A stretch of 64,000 nucleotides of DNA, from NCBI GenBank assembly GCA_964019335.1, contig OZ025650.1:124001-188000 (forward strand), given 5' to 3'. Positions within the stretch are counted from its first letter, which is position 1. The number at the start of each line of letters is the position of its first letter. The notes under the pieces were generated by a model, which was not told where the DNA came from, made no database searches, and saw only the letters and a list, made by a program, of their open reading frames with translations. The position numbers and the translations under genes were made by a program. Origin of the DNA: Diplonema japonicum. Taxonomy: Eukaryota; Protista; Euglenozoa: Diplonemea. This document shows positions 10,632-21,585 of this stretch, piece by piece.

Positions 10632-13600
10632 TTAGATTTCCTCTTCACTACACAGGTCCGAAGGGACGTCAAGCACCTGCTGGATGTCGACTGAGGGAAG
10701 ACGACGTACCATGCTGCCTCGAGGCGAACTCTGATATCTCCTCATGGAAACTCGACTACTCTTTTTCGCAGGAGAGACACTTCCAGATTCAGTGCAAATG
10801 GAGACCTCGTCTTCGATGAAAGATGAACGGCTGCGAGAGACGAAGGAAGATGCCTGCGAAACTGGTGCAGTTCTGGACTTCATGGAGGACATAGACGCAG
10901 CAGACGCTGCAGAAGGAGACTCCGTGTCTGCAATTGAGACTCGCTTACGGGGTGACGGCACGGTCAGAGAGTCCGCAGTTGCTAAATGCATCGCCATAGG
11001 GGTTTCAAGAGGCGTCTCAGGGGGTGCAGGAACAGGCACTGCTGGTGACATTACCTCAGGGGTGACGTCGGTTTCGCTCACGATGGGTGGCGGCTTTGCA
11101 CCGATGCCATACATCTTCGAGTACTCCGTCATGCTCGCGATGTTCAGCGGTGTGTACTTTATAGTATTCCCCGTAGCCATTGTTGCATAGTCAAGCGGCG
11201 TGGCACCACTAGCATTCAACACGTGAGGGCTGGCCCCTGCCGAAATAAGGTACTCAGATGTCTCGGGGCACTGGTGCAAGCACGCATAGTGCAGCGCTGT
11301 GTTCAGTTTCCTGTCAACAGCATCAATGTTACACCCCCGCAGCAAAAGCTGCTCAGAAATAGACTTCAGATTGCTCCCCGCTGCTAGGTGCAGAGTTGTC
11401 ACACCGTGTTTCGATTTTGCACAAACATTCAGCTTCGGCGACTTCAGCAATTCCCAACACGCCATTTCAAGGCCGTTGGCGCACGCATAGTGCAATGCCG
11501 TGAAGCCGTCCCTGTCGACAGGGTTCACATTGCACTGGTGTGTGAGCAACTGGACGGCTATGTCCGACATGCAATTGCAACAGGTGTAGATTAGTGGTTC
11601 GTATCCACAGTGATTCTTTGGATCTAGACATGCACCAGCATGGATAAGGGCTGCAGCGCAAGCAGGCATCCCGCTACTGCACGCAAGGTGTAGGGGCGTG
11701 TTATTCATGCTGTCTTTTGCATCAAGAACAGCCTTCTTAGAAGCCAACAGCTGCACTATGTCATGCAAGCCTTCGGACACTGCTTGATGCAGGGGTGTTA
11801 TGCCGCTGTGATTCTTATGATTTATATATTTTTGCGCTCTTGTGATCAACATCTTGGCCACCCCTTGCTGTTTCCCACGACAAGCATAATGCAGTGCTAT
11901 GTTGCCATGACTGTCCTCGATGCCGGGCTCCGCGTTGTTATTCAACAGCAACCGTGTGATCGACAGGCTGGTGCAGCTAGCGATGTGTAAGGGCGTGAGG
12001 CCCTCTGCTGAGATAGGGTCGATGGCCACACCTTTTAAGAGAAGGCAGGTGACCGTCTCTGGCATTTCATTGATGCAGGCGTAGTGCAACGGAGTTGCCT
12101 CTACGGAGTAGCCGAGGTCTGCTGACGTGTGCTCGATGAGGAGGACAGCAACATCTTCCTCGCCCTTCTTGCATGCTGTGAGCAGTCGTATCGTGTCGTC
12201 TGCTTCGTTGTAGTGGTTGTTCAGAGCGCCTTGCTTTGCAAGCATGTTCAGAACGGCTGTCATGCTGTTCTTCATGGCGTACCGCAGGGCGGTGTTCCCG
12301 TACCTGTCCGTACCGTTGATCGAGCACCCGCTGCTTATAAGCGTGGTTGCAGACGCGGTGTCACCCAAGACACACGCCAAGTGGAGGGGGGTACGCTCGT
12401 TTGCATCTGCTGCATTTATATTGGCATTCGAGTTAAGTAGCTCTTCGACGACAGCGTGCTGCCGTGCCCGCACAGCGTGATGCAGGATGCTCCGTCCTTT
12501 CTCGTCCTTCCAGTTCGCATTCGCGTCATGCTCGCTGATGAGCCTTGGAAGCATCATCACAGCACCAGCTGTAGCCGCTACACGCAGCCATTTATCAACA
12601 AGATCCTGCGTGAAATAAGCTTTGCCCTCCTTTGCTAGCATCCTGAAATGCGCCTCCCTTCCCTTTGACACTGCTATCGTGGCTTCTTTTATTTTGGCAT
12701 CTGTCCACCCTGTCTTGCTGGGCGATGAGACACAATAATTGAAAGCTTGTAAATCATCAGCCTGCTTCGCGTCTTCCAACATGCTGTCGGGCATCGAAGG
12801 ACCGAGGATGACCGGCGTGCCGGGCTTTTCTTTCGGAGACAGCATTGCTACCATTTTCACACCTTCTTGTTCTTGTTCTCGCTTCTCTTTGAGTTCTTTT
12901 TCTTCGTTCAACTCAGCTTCTGTTTTGCTCTGCTCTGTCGGTGGGCCATCGAAGACCATGCGCTTTTGCAGTGCAGCGGTTGAGGCTTTTAAAGCTGCAA
13001 GCTGCACGTGCCGCTTCTTCCGTGAGGTTGGGACCACTACTGTGGAAGGTGAGGAGTCAGTCGTGAGGTCCTCCGACACAAGGAAGTCCCCTTCCGCGTT
13101 GTCAATATCTTTTAGCTTCTTGCGAACTCGCTTAGGCTTCGGTCTTGTTTCTTTACCCTTGAGCTCTTCCCCTTCACTGGGTTTTACTGCGATGCTTTTG
13201 GGCAGATCCATGCCAGTGATGGCTTCAGAGTGAGTAGAGACAAGACTGTCCTCAGGAGGGGTCACCACAATTGACTCAGTATTCGAGCTTAGTAACTCTG
13301 ATGAGAGCCCTTGTTGCACAGTCAATTCCAATGTTTCACCAGAGTCATGAGGTTCTTGTGTCAACCTTGCAAGCAACCCTGCGGTTCTTGCCTTTGCAAG
13401 CCGTTGGACTTTCTTTTCGTGCTTCACTTGGGAAGCCCAAAATGCTGCCTTTTGATGCGCTTCCGGAAGCTTCTCTTTCTCTTCGAACAATGCGTAAATT
13501 TTCACGAGTTCGCTCCAAGTCAGGGAGTACAGCTTAGCCGCTACTAAAGGGGTCGAGGCATATTCCTTTAGAGGGCTGCTCTCCGTTCCAAAGGTCCGTG

Positions 13601-13865
13601 CCTTCTCTGCGTACTGCTGTGGCAGGTCTTCTGCCTCTTTGTTGTGGTAGTATATTGAAGCCAATGTACATCTTGTCACAAATGCCAGAAGTTTCTTTTC
13701 TATCTCTTTCTCAAGGGTGACATCTACCCTTCCACCGCTTTCAAACTTTTTTGCCTTCAATGTCAGTTCCATCTCCAACAGATGGAGCAGCCGCTTGTCT
13801 TTCTCTGGCACCCCGCTGGGCTCCAATAGTATTTTCTTCTTTTCCGCCTTCTCATCTTTATTCAT
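10632..13865 (-). CDS. Ankyrin-repeat protein
   Basis: More than 10 TPLH/TALH-xAC repeats (GRSILHHAV, RTPLHLAC, GLTPLHIAS, GITPLHQAV, GFTALHYAC). Confidence 0.92.
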   Translation of the reverse strand: MNKDEKAEKKKILLEPSGVPEKDKRLLHLLEMELTLKAKKFESGGRVDVTLEKEIEKKLLAFVTRCTLASIYYHNKEAEDLPQQYAEKARTFGTESSPLKEYASTPLVAAKLYSLTWSELVKIYALFEEKEKLPEAHQKAAFWASQVKHEKKVQRLAKARTAGLLARLTQEPHDSGETLELTVQQGLSSELLSSNTESIVVTPPEDSLVSTHSEAITGMDLPKSIAVKPSEGEELKGKETRPKPKRVRKKLKDIDNAEGDFLVSEDLTTDSSPSTVVVPTSRKKRHVQLAALKASTAALQKRMVFDGPPTEQSKTEAELNEEKELKEKREQEQEGVKMVAMLSPKEKPGTPVILGPSMPDSMLEDAKQADDLQAFNYCVSSPSKTGWTDAKIKEATIAVSKGREAHFRMLAKEGKAYFTQDLVDKWLRVAATAGAVMMLPRLISEHDANANWKDEKGRSILHHAVRARQHAVVEELLNSNANINAADANERTPLHLACVLGDTASATTLISSGCSINGTDRYGNTALRYAMKNSMTAVLNMLAKQGALNNHYNEADDTIRLLTACKKGEEDVAVLLIEHTSADLGYSVEATPLHYACINEMPETVTCLLLKGVAIDPISAEGLTPLHIASCTSLSITRLLLNNNAEPGIEDSHGNIALHYACRGKQQGVAKMLITRAQKYINHKNHSGITPLHQAVSEGLHDIVQLLASKKAVLDAKDSMNNTPLHLACSSGMPACAAALIHAGACLDPKNHCGYEPLIYTCCNCMSDIAVQLLTHQCNVNPVDRDGFTALHYACANGLEMACWELLKSPKLNVCAKSKHGVTTLHLAAGSNLKSISEQLLLRGCNIDAVDRKLNTALHYACLHQCPETSEYLISAGASPHVLNASGATPLDYATMATGNTIKYTPLNIASMTEYSKMYGIGAKPPPIVSETDVTPEVMSPAVPVPAPPETPLETPMAMHLATADSLTVPSPRKRVSIADTESPSAASAASMSSMKSRTAPVSQASSFVSRSRSSFIEDEVSICTESGSVSPAKKSSRVSMRRYQSSPRGSMVRRLPSVDIQQVLDVPSDLCSEEEI

Positions 13866-14318
13866 TCCTGTTCTTTTTTTCGGGGGGGGGGCTGTTTTGG
13901 AAGTATTTTCCTTTCTTCCCCTCGTTTCGCACTACTTACTTCATTAAACCGATGGCCACGACAACGGGCTGCGACATCCTGAATACAGATTTTGACACAT
14001 CGAAGTGAAAAGCAATAAAGAATTTATATCAGGGGGGGGGGGGGGGGAAATAGACAAAAAAAAGGGGATACAACATAATATCAATATTCTTATTATAAGA
14101 AACATGGGGATGGGAAGGGGAAGTACAGAGGGGAAAAAGGGGATAAATTTCAGTGCTCACCGTTCATTTCACTAGTGTCACGAGGAGATGGACGGCATCT
14201 GCGCAAATGAAAAAGAAGAAGAAATAAACAGGTATAAAATCTACGGGTGTGGTTGCACGGGAAATGCTATGGAGAAAAGAAAAAAAAAGGAATTTAATAA
14301 AAAAACCTTACATGAACC

Positions 14319-17300
14319 CTACATGATCTCGAAGGAGCGCATGCAGTTAATCATCCTCATGGTGTTTTCGATGGGACTGGTGACGGAAGCTACGGACAGG
14401 GGCCGGGTTGGGCTGATGCAGTGGTGATGGAAGGACCGGGGCTCATGGGGAGTGTCTGTTTTTATCGACCCGAAAGCAGACCACCGCGAGGCAAGAGAGA
14501 TGGAAGTCTCGTCGTTCGACGACAGGTTTGATAAGGGCGCTCGTTTCTGAGACCTGTTCCCACCCTTCAGAGCAGCGTAAAGAGCATCGCCGAGTGTTGG
14601 AGAACGGCGCATGAGGTCATCCTTCGACAAGGCGTGGAGGAGTCTGCCTGAAAGCCCCTTGAAAGAGTCCGCTATGCCTGAAAACACGCCGTTGTCCCAC
14701 CGCTTTAACCACATAAGGACCTCAGCTGGTGATGCGCTCTCCGAGATAATGTTATTCACTTCTTCTTCTGGCAGAGACAGGAACTCCCTGTAGCTGCATT
14801 CCGACACAGGGGACACCATTGACGATGGCATCGAGTCCATCTTCCCTAACGAATTTCTCCCGGGAACCGCAGTACTCCGAGACACGATTGCCATCGGTCT
14901 TGACACTGGCTCCTCTGTCCTGCTCAGTGTGAAGAAATTGTCAGTCTCCGTCTGCATGTCTCGCCCTTGGCTTGTTTGCACTACGCTCTGCTGCTGCCTC
15001 TCTTCAAAATATGTCCCTCCGCTCGTGAAGCTCTTTCGCATACTCGCTGCCCCGCTCTCCTGTGTGCTCCCTGACCCTACCGACGCTACATGCCCAGCCT
15101 TGATACCCCCCCTTTTCGATATCTCCCCTTTAATCAAAAACGAGTTCGCAGGTGCTGCTAACCCTAACACAGGGTCGCTGTTCTTATCCAGGGTCTCCAC
15201 GCACGGAAACCCCTGTGGCTGCTCCAACTGGCCTAAACCTACACCGCTAACCTCTAACGTATTGCTGCTCATTTTGCTAGACTTTCTTTCGCATGGCATG
15301 CTGGTATGCTCCTCGTTGTCATGTTCGGAATGTTCACGGGTGACGGTGACGGTACTCTGCTGCTGTGGCACATGCGTGTGGGACTCTTTCGTGTTTAGTT
15401 CCGTCGATGGTCTTGAATGTTGAGACGCAGACAATTGAGGAACACTCTGTCGCAATGCATCGTGCCGCAATTGGATTCCGCTATGTGAACCCTGCCTCAT
15501 CATTTCGTCAAGAAGCTGAGCGGAAGGCGTGTCTTGCAGTTGTTGGCTTGGTTGGTCTCGTGGTACGTGTTGTGATTGCACTGAGTTTTGTATGTGCTGC
15601 GATGCTGGAGATTCCGACTGCTGTGAGTGCACCACTGACCGCTGCGAACCTGCGTGGGACGACGTTGGTGGAGGAGCGATGGGCTGATGGGCTGCTGAAG
15701 AGGGACTTGCTTGCGGTTGGGAAACCCGTTCCTCCAATTGTTGAGATGTTTGCAGAGAACCCTGCAGCGAGGCTTGTTGCCCCATTTGAGCCGGCAGTTG
15801 TGGCTGTGATGAAGGCTGTGAAGTCTGGTGTCCAGACTGCAACAATGATTGCTGTGAGCATGCGGGCGAAGACACTGAGGGAGCGCTGGGCGTATGTGCC
15901 GAAAATCTTGCTAGCGAATGGGGAGGCTGCAACAAAGATTGCTGCGATGCTTCTATTGAACCATGCATCGTGGAAGGCGCACTCTGCGAGGGTTGTTGCA
16001 CCAGTTGCAACGGCACTTGCGGCGGTTGCGATGCCGATGGTGTGGACTGGAGCGAGTGCTGTGCCTGTACCGATGGATGCGAGCTTGCGTGTGATATCAG
16101 TGTAGTAGGCTGGCGTGCAACTGAAGATGCTTGCATGGATCCAGCTTGCTGGCTAACCGGCTGGTGAGAGCTCTGCGAAGAATGCACGGATTGTGGCTGC
16201 GATACTTGCTGCGAGCCTTGCAGCGGCTGTGAGTGCTGAGTTGTCGGTAAAGGGACAGACTGCGGTTGCGATGACTGTTGTTGAGATGACTGTTGTGAGA
16301 ACACAACGCACCGCGATGCGTCCTTCGGATCAGGCATGCTTGCTTGTGAAGCATGGAGTGGCGGTGTTTGCTGAACAAGTGATGCCGGATAAGATGTGTG
16401 CGATTGTTGTGACATCGATGGAACAGTGTTGTATTGAGGCATTTGTTCTGATTGCACTGCTGTGTGCTGTGATGCTTGTAGTGTTACAGGTGCAGACTGC
16501 TGCGACTGCACCATCGATCGTTGTGAGTCTGCATGGGACGAAACTAGCGAGGGAGCTATGGGCTGGTGTGCAGCAGAAGAAGGATTTGCTTGTAATTGAG
16601 AAACCTGTGGTGTCTCCACATGTAATTGCTGCGATGCCCGTATTGAACTATGCATTTCGGAGGGTAGTTGCGACAGCACCTGCGGCTGGGAATCCTGTGA
16701 TGACTGCACATATAATTCTTGTTGCGTTGGCTGCGAGGCTTGAGCATGCACCAGCTGCTGCGAAATTTGCTGTTGTGATGCTTGTGACGGCCACTGGGAT
16801 GAGTCTTGCACCGGCTGCGATTTGTACGAATTTTGTAACTCTTGCGATGCCTGCAATGACAGAGATGCGTGTACCGACTGTGCTTCCTGTTGCATCAACT
16901 GTGACAGCGATTCATGCGACGCCACTTGAGAAGCCTGCATCTGAGAAGCCTCAGAAGTTTGCGATTCACACTGCGTTAGCAGCTGCAGCTGCTGGGACAT
17001 TTGCTGGTGAGGTTGTGAATGCAGCACCGGTGACGAATTGTGCGTGGGTACCTGTGCCCGCGATGATTGCAATGATTGCATTGGATGAGATGCGTGTGAA
17101 GATGGCAGTGACATCTGAGGCTGCACTAGCTGACCAGAGTCTTGTGACGTCTGTTCTGATGGCTGCTTTGACAACTGAGACTGTGGTGCCTGCATCGCCT
17201 GCGATGCTTGCAGCGTGTGCCACGTGAGCGTTTCTTGCCCTGACACATGTGATGGCACCGATTGGTCTGATGTGCCCATATGCTGTGATACTTGCTGCAC

Positions 17301-19148
17301 CACTCCTTCAGACTGAGTTCTGGAAGCCTGCTGTGGCACTTGCTGGGATGCTACGGCATGTTGTGAGCTTTGCGGTGCTTGTACAGACAGTTCTTGCTGT
17401 ACAGACTGGTGCGCAGGAACTGAAGTCTCTTGCTGCACTTGCCGCCCACTTCCAGAGACTGTTGCCTGCTCGAACATGCTAGGTGGCATTGAGCTCTGCA
17501 CAGATGGCTGAACCGACGACTCAGATTGCACAGGTTGCAAAGTGCTTTGCTTGTGTTCGTGCAGCGAAGCCTGAAGACTCTGCTGAGATGCCTGAGAATG
17601 GTTCGTAAAAGACATGAGAGTTTCTTGTAGCTGCTGAGGTTGCACAACTGAACTTTGTGGGGAGACTTCTTGCATAAAGTGCTGCGAGGTATGTGAAGAC
17701 AATGCAGAAACCACAGATGCTGCAGTTTGCACGTCAGATTGCATCATTGACACAGACTGTTGTAGCTGCTGAGGCGGCTCACGCGACGAGCACGACGCGT
17801 GCAACGTAGGCTGGGAAGAGGAGAGTTCTGATGAGCACGATGCACGTGCATTCTCGCATTGCTCCAGCGACGTAGACGACAGCGTGTCGCTTACTCCACA
17901 AACAGACTGACTGCCAGTTTCCAGTCGTGTTCTCGGCGATAGTGGTGGTCTTGGGGAGTGCGATCGTTTCGGAGAGTCCGACGCCTCCTCTTGGTCGCTT
18001 TTTGAAGCTTGGGATGACCTATGCAAGGGTACCGAGGACTTCGAGCTCAACTTCTTTGCCTGAGATGACAGCTCGGTAAGTTTGACAAAACCCGAATTAT
18101 GGGACTGGATCTCCAAGAAAAGGATTTCCGACCTCATTTCGTTTTCTGCTTCACTGAAAGAGGTATTCGAGGCTGTGGCTGCAGTTTGCTTGTCGGTGGG
18201 CTGCCTTTTTGTACTTAAAGGCGAGGGAGGAGGTGGGTCTAGTGTTGTCTCAGACGCAGGTGACACACGCTGAGCATCAGAGGGGACAGGAGAAATGCGG
18301 AGAGACTTTTGAGTTGGTGCCGTCTCGTAGTAGTTGGGTTCCGTGTACACGGTGGGGGTGGAGAGTGGGTCGTCGCTATCAGCGGTGAAAGAGGACGGCA
18401 CAGGGCTCAGCCGTGGGGGTCGTTCCGGACGACGAGGAACAGAGGCGGTCATCGTGGGCACTGGACTGAGCCTGCACTTTTTTGGCATGGGTGGAGCAGG
18501 AGACCGCATCATTCTTGCAGGCTGCGGCGGCACAGGGCTCGCCCTAGTCCGCCTCTTGGGGGACACCAGTTGCCGTTGCGGCTCAGGCGGAAGCAAGACG
18601 ATCTCTTTTACAGCCCTCTCCTCTTGTATTTCATCGGGGGGCTCAAGCCTTTCCCTTGGAGGAGACATCACTTTGCTATGAATTCCTGCTCCTACCAGCT
18701 TATTGAACAAAGCCATCTTCTGACGTTTCCATTCATCGAACTCGTTCAGGATCTCTTTCCCCTTGCTTGGGGATATCCGCCTTGATTCCTGCCCCGACAC
18801 AGACTCCTCTCGCATGTCTAGAACAGGAGCGAGCAATGGGGTGTCGGGGACTGGGAGGGTCAATCCTGATTCTCGCCGCATGTTGGAATGCCTCGAGGAA
18901 AAGGCCGACTCCCACCTGTCGTTCACAACGTGATCCGAGTACACCGAGTTAACTAGCCCGCTTCCAGAATCCCGTCTCATATCTGCCACAGGCTCTGCCA
19001 CGGGCACTTCTTGCATTCTCCCGATGAATTCTAAAATCCCCCTAGGTTTTCTCCCTGGCGACATCATGCCTCCGTTCACTCTCCCCCCCGTCCCCGTGGG
19101 GGCCTCGGGTTTGTATTCTGTCACCCACCTGTCTTCATTGTCGCTCAT
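14319..19148 (-). CDS. Large Q/S/P-rich low-complexity protein with a C-terminal SAM-like domain
   Basis: Long ORF, likely start MSDNEDRW at 19148. C-terminal ASPAEVLMWLKRW...FKGLSGRLLHALSKDDLMRRSPTLGDALYAAL is SAM/PNT-like. Confidence 0.8.
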   Translation of the reverse strand: MSDNEDRWVTEYKPEAPTGTGGRVNGGMMSPGRKPRGILEFIGRMQEVPVAEPVADMRRDSGSGLVNSVYSDHVVNDRWESAFSSRHSNMRRESGLTLPVPDTPLLAPVLDMREESVSGQESRRISPSKGKEILNEFDEWKRQKMALFNKLVGAGIHSKVMSPPRERLEPPDEIQEERAVKEIVLLPPEPQRQLVSPKRRTRASPVPPQPARMMRSPAPPMPKKCRLSPVPTMTASVPRRPERPPRLSPVPSSFTADSDDPLSTPTVYTEPNYYETAPTQKSLRISPVPSDAQRVSPASETTLDPPPPSPLSTKRQPTDKQTAATASNTSFSEAENEMRSEILFLEIQSHNSGFVKLTELSSQAKKLSSKSSVPLHRSSQASKSDQEEASDSPKRSHSPRPPLSPRTRLETGSQSVCGVSDTLSSTSLEQCENARASCSSELSSSQPTLHASCSSREPPQQLQQSVSMMQSDVQTAASVVSALSSHTSQHFMQEVSPQSSVVQPQQLQETLMSFTNHSQASQQSLQASLHEHKQSTLQPVQSESSVQPSVQSSMPPSMFEQATVSGSGRQVQQETSVPAHQSVQQELSVQAPQSSQHAVASQQVPQQASRTQSEGVVQQVSQHMGTSDQSVPSHVSGQETLTWHTLQASQAMQAPQSQLSKQPSEQTSQDSGQLVQPQMSLPSSHASHPMQSLQSSRAQVPTHNSSPVLHSQPHQQMSQQLQLLTQCESQTSEASQMQASQVASHESLSQLMQQEAQSVHASLSLQASQELQNSYKSQPVQDSSQWPSQASQQQISQQLVHAQASQPTQQELYVQSSQDSQPQVLSQLPSEMHSSIRASQQLHVETPQVSQLQANPSSAAHQPIAPSLVSSHADSQRSMVQSQQSAPVTLQASQHTAVQSEQMPQYNTVPSMSQQSHTSYPASLVQQTPPLHASQASMPDPKDASRCVVFSQQSSQQQSSQPQSVPLPTTQHSQPLQGSQQVSQPQSVHSSQSSHQPVSQQAGSMQASSVARQPTTLISHASSHPSVQAQHSLQSTPSASQPPQVPLQLVQQPSQSAPSTMHGSIEASQQSLLQPPHSLARFSAHTPSAPSVSSPACSQQSLLQSGHQTSQPSSQPQLPAQMGQQASLQGSLQTSQQLEERVSQPQASPSSAAHQPIAPPPTSSHAGSQRSVVHSQQSESPASQHIQNSVQSQHVPRDQPSQQLQDTPSAQLLDEMMRQGSHSGIQLRHDALRQSVPQLSASQHSRPSTELNTKESHTHVPQQQSTVTVTREHSEHDNEEHTSMPCERKSSKMSSNTLEVSGVGLGQLEQPQGFPCVETLDKNSDPVLGLAAPANSFLIKGEISKRGGIKAGHVASVGSGSTQESGAASMRKSFTSGGTYFEERQQQSVVQTSQGRDMQTETDNFFTLSRTEEPVSRPMAIVSRSTAVPGRNSLGKMDSMPSSMVSPVSECSYREFLSLPEEEVNNIISESASPAEVLMWLKRWDNGVFSGIADSFKGLSGRLLHALSKDDLMRRSPTLGDALYAALKGGNRSQKRAPLSNLSSNDETSISLASRWSAFGSIKTDTPHEPRSFHHHCISPTRPLSVASVTSPIENTMRMINCMRSFEIM

Positions 19149-19355
19149 GTTCGTGTGAGTGTTTGATTTGCATTTCTGAATGGCGCGATATGCTAGAAAA
19201 GATATAAATTTAATAAAAGAAAGGGAAATCAAAGAGATCGAGACCGATAACAACGGGAAGGGGGGGGGCACATTCTAATGAAATGTTAACAAAAAATAAG
19301 GCTATAAAAAAGAAGGGGGGGGGGGGACATCTAAATGAATACAAAGGACCCTGTC

Positions 19356-20942
19356 CTACGGGGCGATAGGGAGGTCTATGGAGAAGTCAGCAGGTGCCAG
19401 GCCGTCGGAGACGATCATCTGGGCCTGCTTCATTTTAAGGTGAAGCCCGAGAATTCTCTTGAGGTCACTGATTCTGTTTTTGCGCTGGGCGAGCTTGACC
19501 TTTTGTTCTTGTACAGTGGTCTCCGCAATCTCCTTCTGCTGGGAGAGTTCTTGCACTTCATGTCTCGCTTTTTCTGCAACAGCGGTTGCCTCTGCGACCT
19601 TGACTCTATGTGTCTCCACTTCCTTCAGGAGGTCGGTCTCCTTCACATGCGACACAGCTAGCTCCTCATGTCTGACGTACTGCATCTCGCTTTGTAACGC
19701 GCCAAGCTGTGCTTGAAAGGCTTTGTTCTGTTTGATGATATCGAGCTTTTCCTCATCTGCTACCGCAAGCGCAGCCTGCAGCGAGTCTTCTGTGTTCTGT
19801 GCTTCCTTCAGCTGCTCCATCATCTCGCTAAGCATCTGCTTCGCCTCTTCTGTTGCAACTCTTTCTTCGTACGACTGCTTCTTCATCTCGTTCAGCTCGC
19901 CTCCCACCTGTTCCAACCTTTGCGACAAGTGCGTCTTCTGCGTCGCCAACGCTTCGCACAGCAAGGTGGCGTCCTTGTTGTCTTTCTGCTGCGTGACGTG
20001 CATGCTGTCGAGGTGTGCTTGTGAGGACTTCTGTTCTTCAAGCTGTCGTTTCAAGGCTATGACCTCCTTCCTGGCCATTGCCAGCTCATGGCTCATTTCA
20101 GTGAGTTCCAAGTCATGCGCGTCTGTGGTCAGCTTGTTGTCATCGATGGTCTTCCTGAAGCCGCTGTTGATCTTGTCGTGCATAGCAGCAAGCTCGTTGC
20201 TGTGTTCCCGCTTCAAGGCATCGATGGTAGCCTTGTACTCGGCTACCTGTGAAGCATGGATGGTCTGCGTGTTGGAGGCGGCGTCCTGAAGACGTGTGAC
20301 CTCCGCCTCCATGGCGAGACGCTCTGTCTCAAGTGTTGCCTTGCACGAAGCTTCCGTCTCGTGGAGCTGTTTCGTAAGCATTGCGATTTGGTCCTCAAGT
20401 GCCTTGACGTTGTGCCGTACAGGCTGGTTGGAATAGGTGTAGGAGTCTTCTTCTTTAAGACGCTCATTCTGACGCTTAAGATTGCTGATTTCATCTCTCA
20501 TCTCTCTGATGGTCTGTTGGGGGTCATCGTGAGAGCTCACGGGTGCTGCCAGCTTCGGTTGGCATTGTACTGTGAGCGCAAGGCGAATGGACGGCTCGAC
20601 GCAGTTGGAAAGCTGAAGGCAGGCTGATTGCTTCACCATAGGTTTCCCTGCTTTCGGGATGTGCATGGTCAAGTCCATGTACAGCATTCCTATGGTTTGT
20701 TTGGCTTCGCCAGTGTACCTGTTCACGTAGACCTCGAATAGTTGTTTTGCTTTTTGTGTCGGAGCTCTTTTTATTTCCGTCACCTTGACTTGGGTTTCAA
20801 TGTGCACCTCATTCTCATTCGACGGTACCCTTTTCGTCCTTCCAGTGTCTTGACCTTTTCTCCATGCTATGCCGTACGTTCCTTCTTCTGTGAGGCCGGT
20901 TAGCTTTTGAAAGCCGATTGTGAATTCGAACTCTTCTGCCAT
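19356..20942 (-). CDS. NT-C2 (EEIG1/EHBP1-type) domain plus coiled-coil protein
   Basis: Start MAEEFEFTIGFQKL after poly(A). NT-C2-like YGIAWRKGQDTGRTKR...IGMLYMDLT, followed by a long heptad-rich region. Confidence 0.8.
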   Translation of the reverse strand: MAEEFEFTIGFQKLTGLTEEGTYGIAWRKGQDTGRTKRVPSNENEVHIETQVKVTEIKRAPTQKAKQLFEVYVNRYTGEAKQTIGMLYMDLTMHIPKAGKPMVKQSACLQLSNCVEPSIRLALTVQCQPKLAAPVSSHDDPQQTIREMRDEISNLKRQNERLKEEDSYTYSNQPVRHNVKALEDQIAMLTKQLHETEASCKATLETERLAMEAEVTRLQDAASNTQTIHASQVAEYKATIDALKREHSNELAAMHDKINSGFRKTIDDNKLTTDAHDLELTEMSHELAMARKEVIALKRQLEEQKSSQAHLDSMHVTQQKDNKDATLLCEALATQKTHLSQRLEQVGGELNEMKKQSYEERVATEEAKQMLSEMMEQLKEAQNTEDSLQAALAVADEEKLDIIKQNKAFQAQLGALQSEMQYVRHEELAVSHVKETDLLKEVETHRVKVAEATAVAEKARHEVQELSQQKEIAETTVQEQKVKLAQRKNRISDLKRILGLHLKMKQAQMIVSDGLAPADFSIDLPIAP

Positions 20943-20973
<31 letters not shown>

Positions 20974-21427
20974 CCCCCTTCTGTTACCCCCCTCGCCTCC
21001 TTTCTTTCCAAAATCTTTTCGGGGGTATTCTTTTTTTTCTTTCGAAAAAAAAAAAAAAAAAAGAATAGAATTTTTTTTTGATAAAGAAAACAGGAAGGAA
21101 GAGAATGAAGAAGGAATAAGAAGAAAGACAAATAATAATAATAAAATAAAAAAAAAAGGTTAAGATCCATGGTTGAAAGAAGAGAGAAAGAAGAAGAAAA
21201 ATATGAGGAGGGTCGCGAAGGGGGATCGGGGCAGGAAAGAGGGAAAAAAGAAAATTAAAAATCAAGCCGGTGCCCATCTTCCTTTTTATTCCCCACCCAC
21301 TCTCCCTTCCCTTGGTCAGGTCACTATCTATCACGTCAAAACCTGTGTGATACAAGCATGCAGCTAACTGTTATATTATGAAACAGTTCACTGGTGTTAG
21401 CCTATTTGAAACTCACACGTTTAGAAT

Positions 21428-21462
<35 letters not shown>

Positions 21463-21538
21463 TGTAAAAGAACAAGAAAACGGGGAGGAGGAAGGCAGCA
21501 AGAAAAAGTTCCCACCACCCCCACGTTCTTCTTCTTTT

Positions 21539-21585
<47 letters not shown>

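Noticed and set aside
15365-17227. Long plus-strand Ala/Val-rich ORFs
   Set aside because: Antisense shadows of the Gln/Ser-rich CDS
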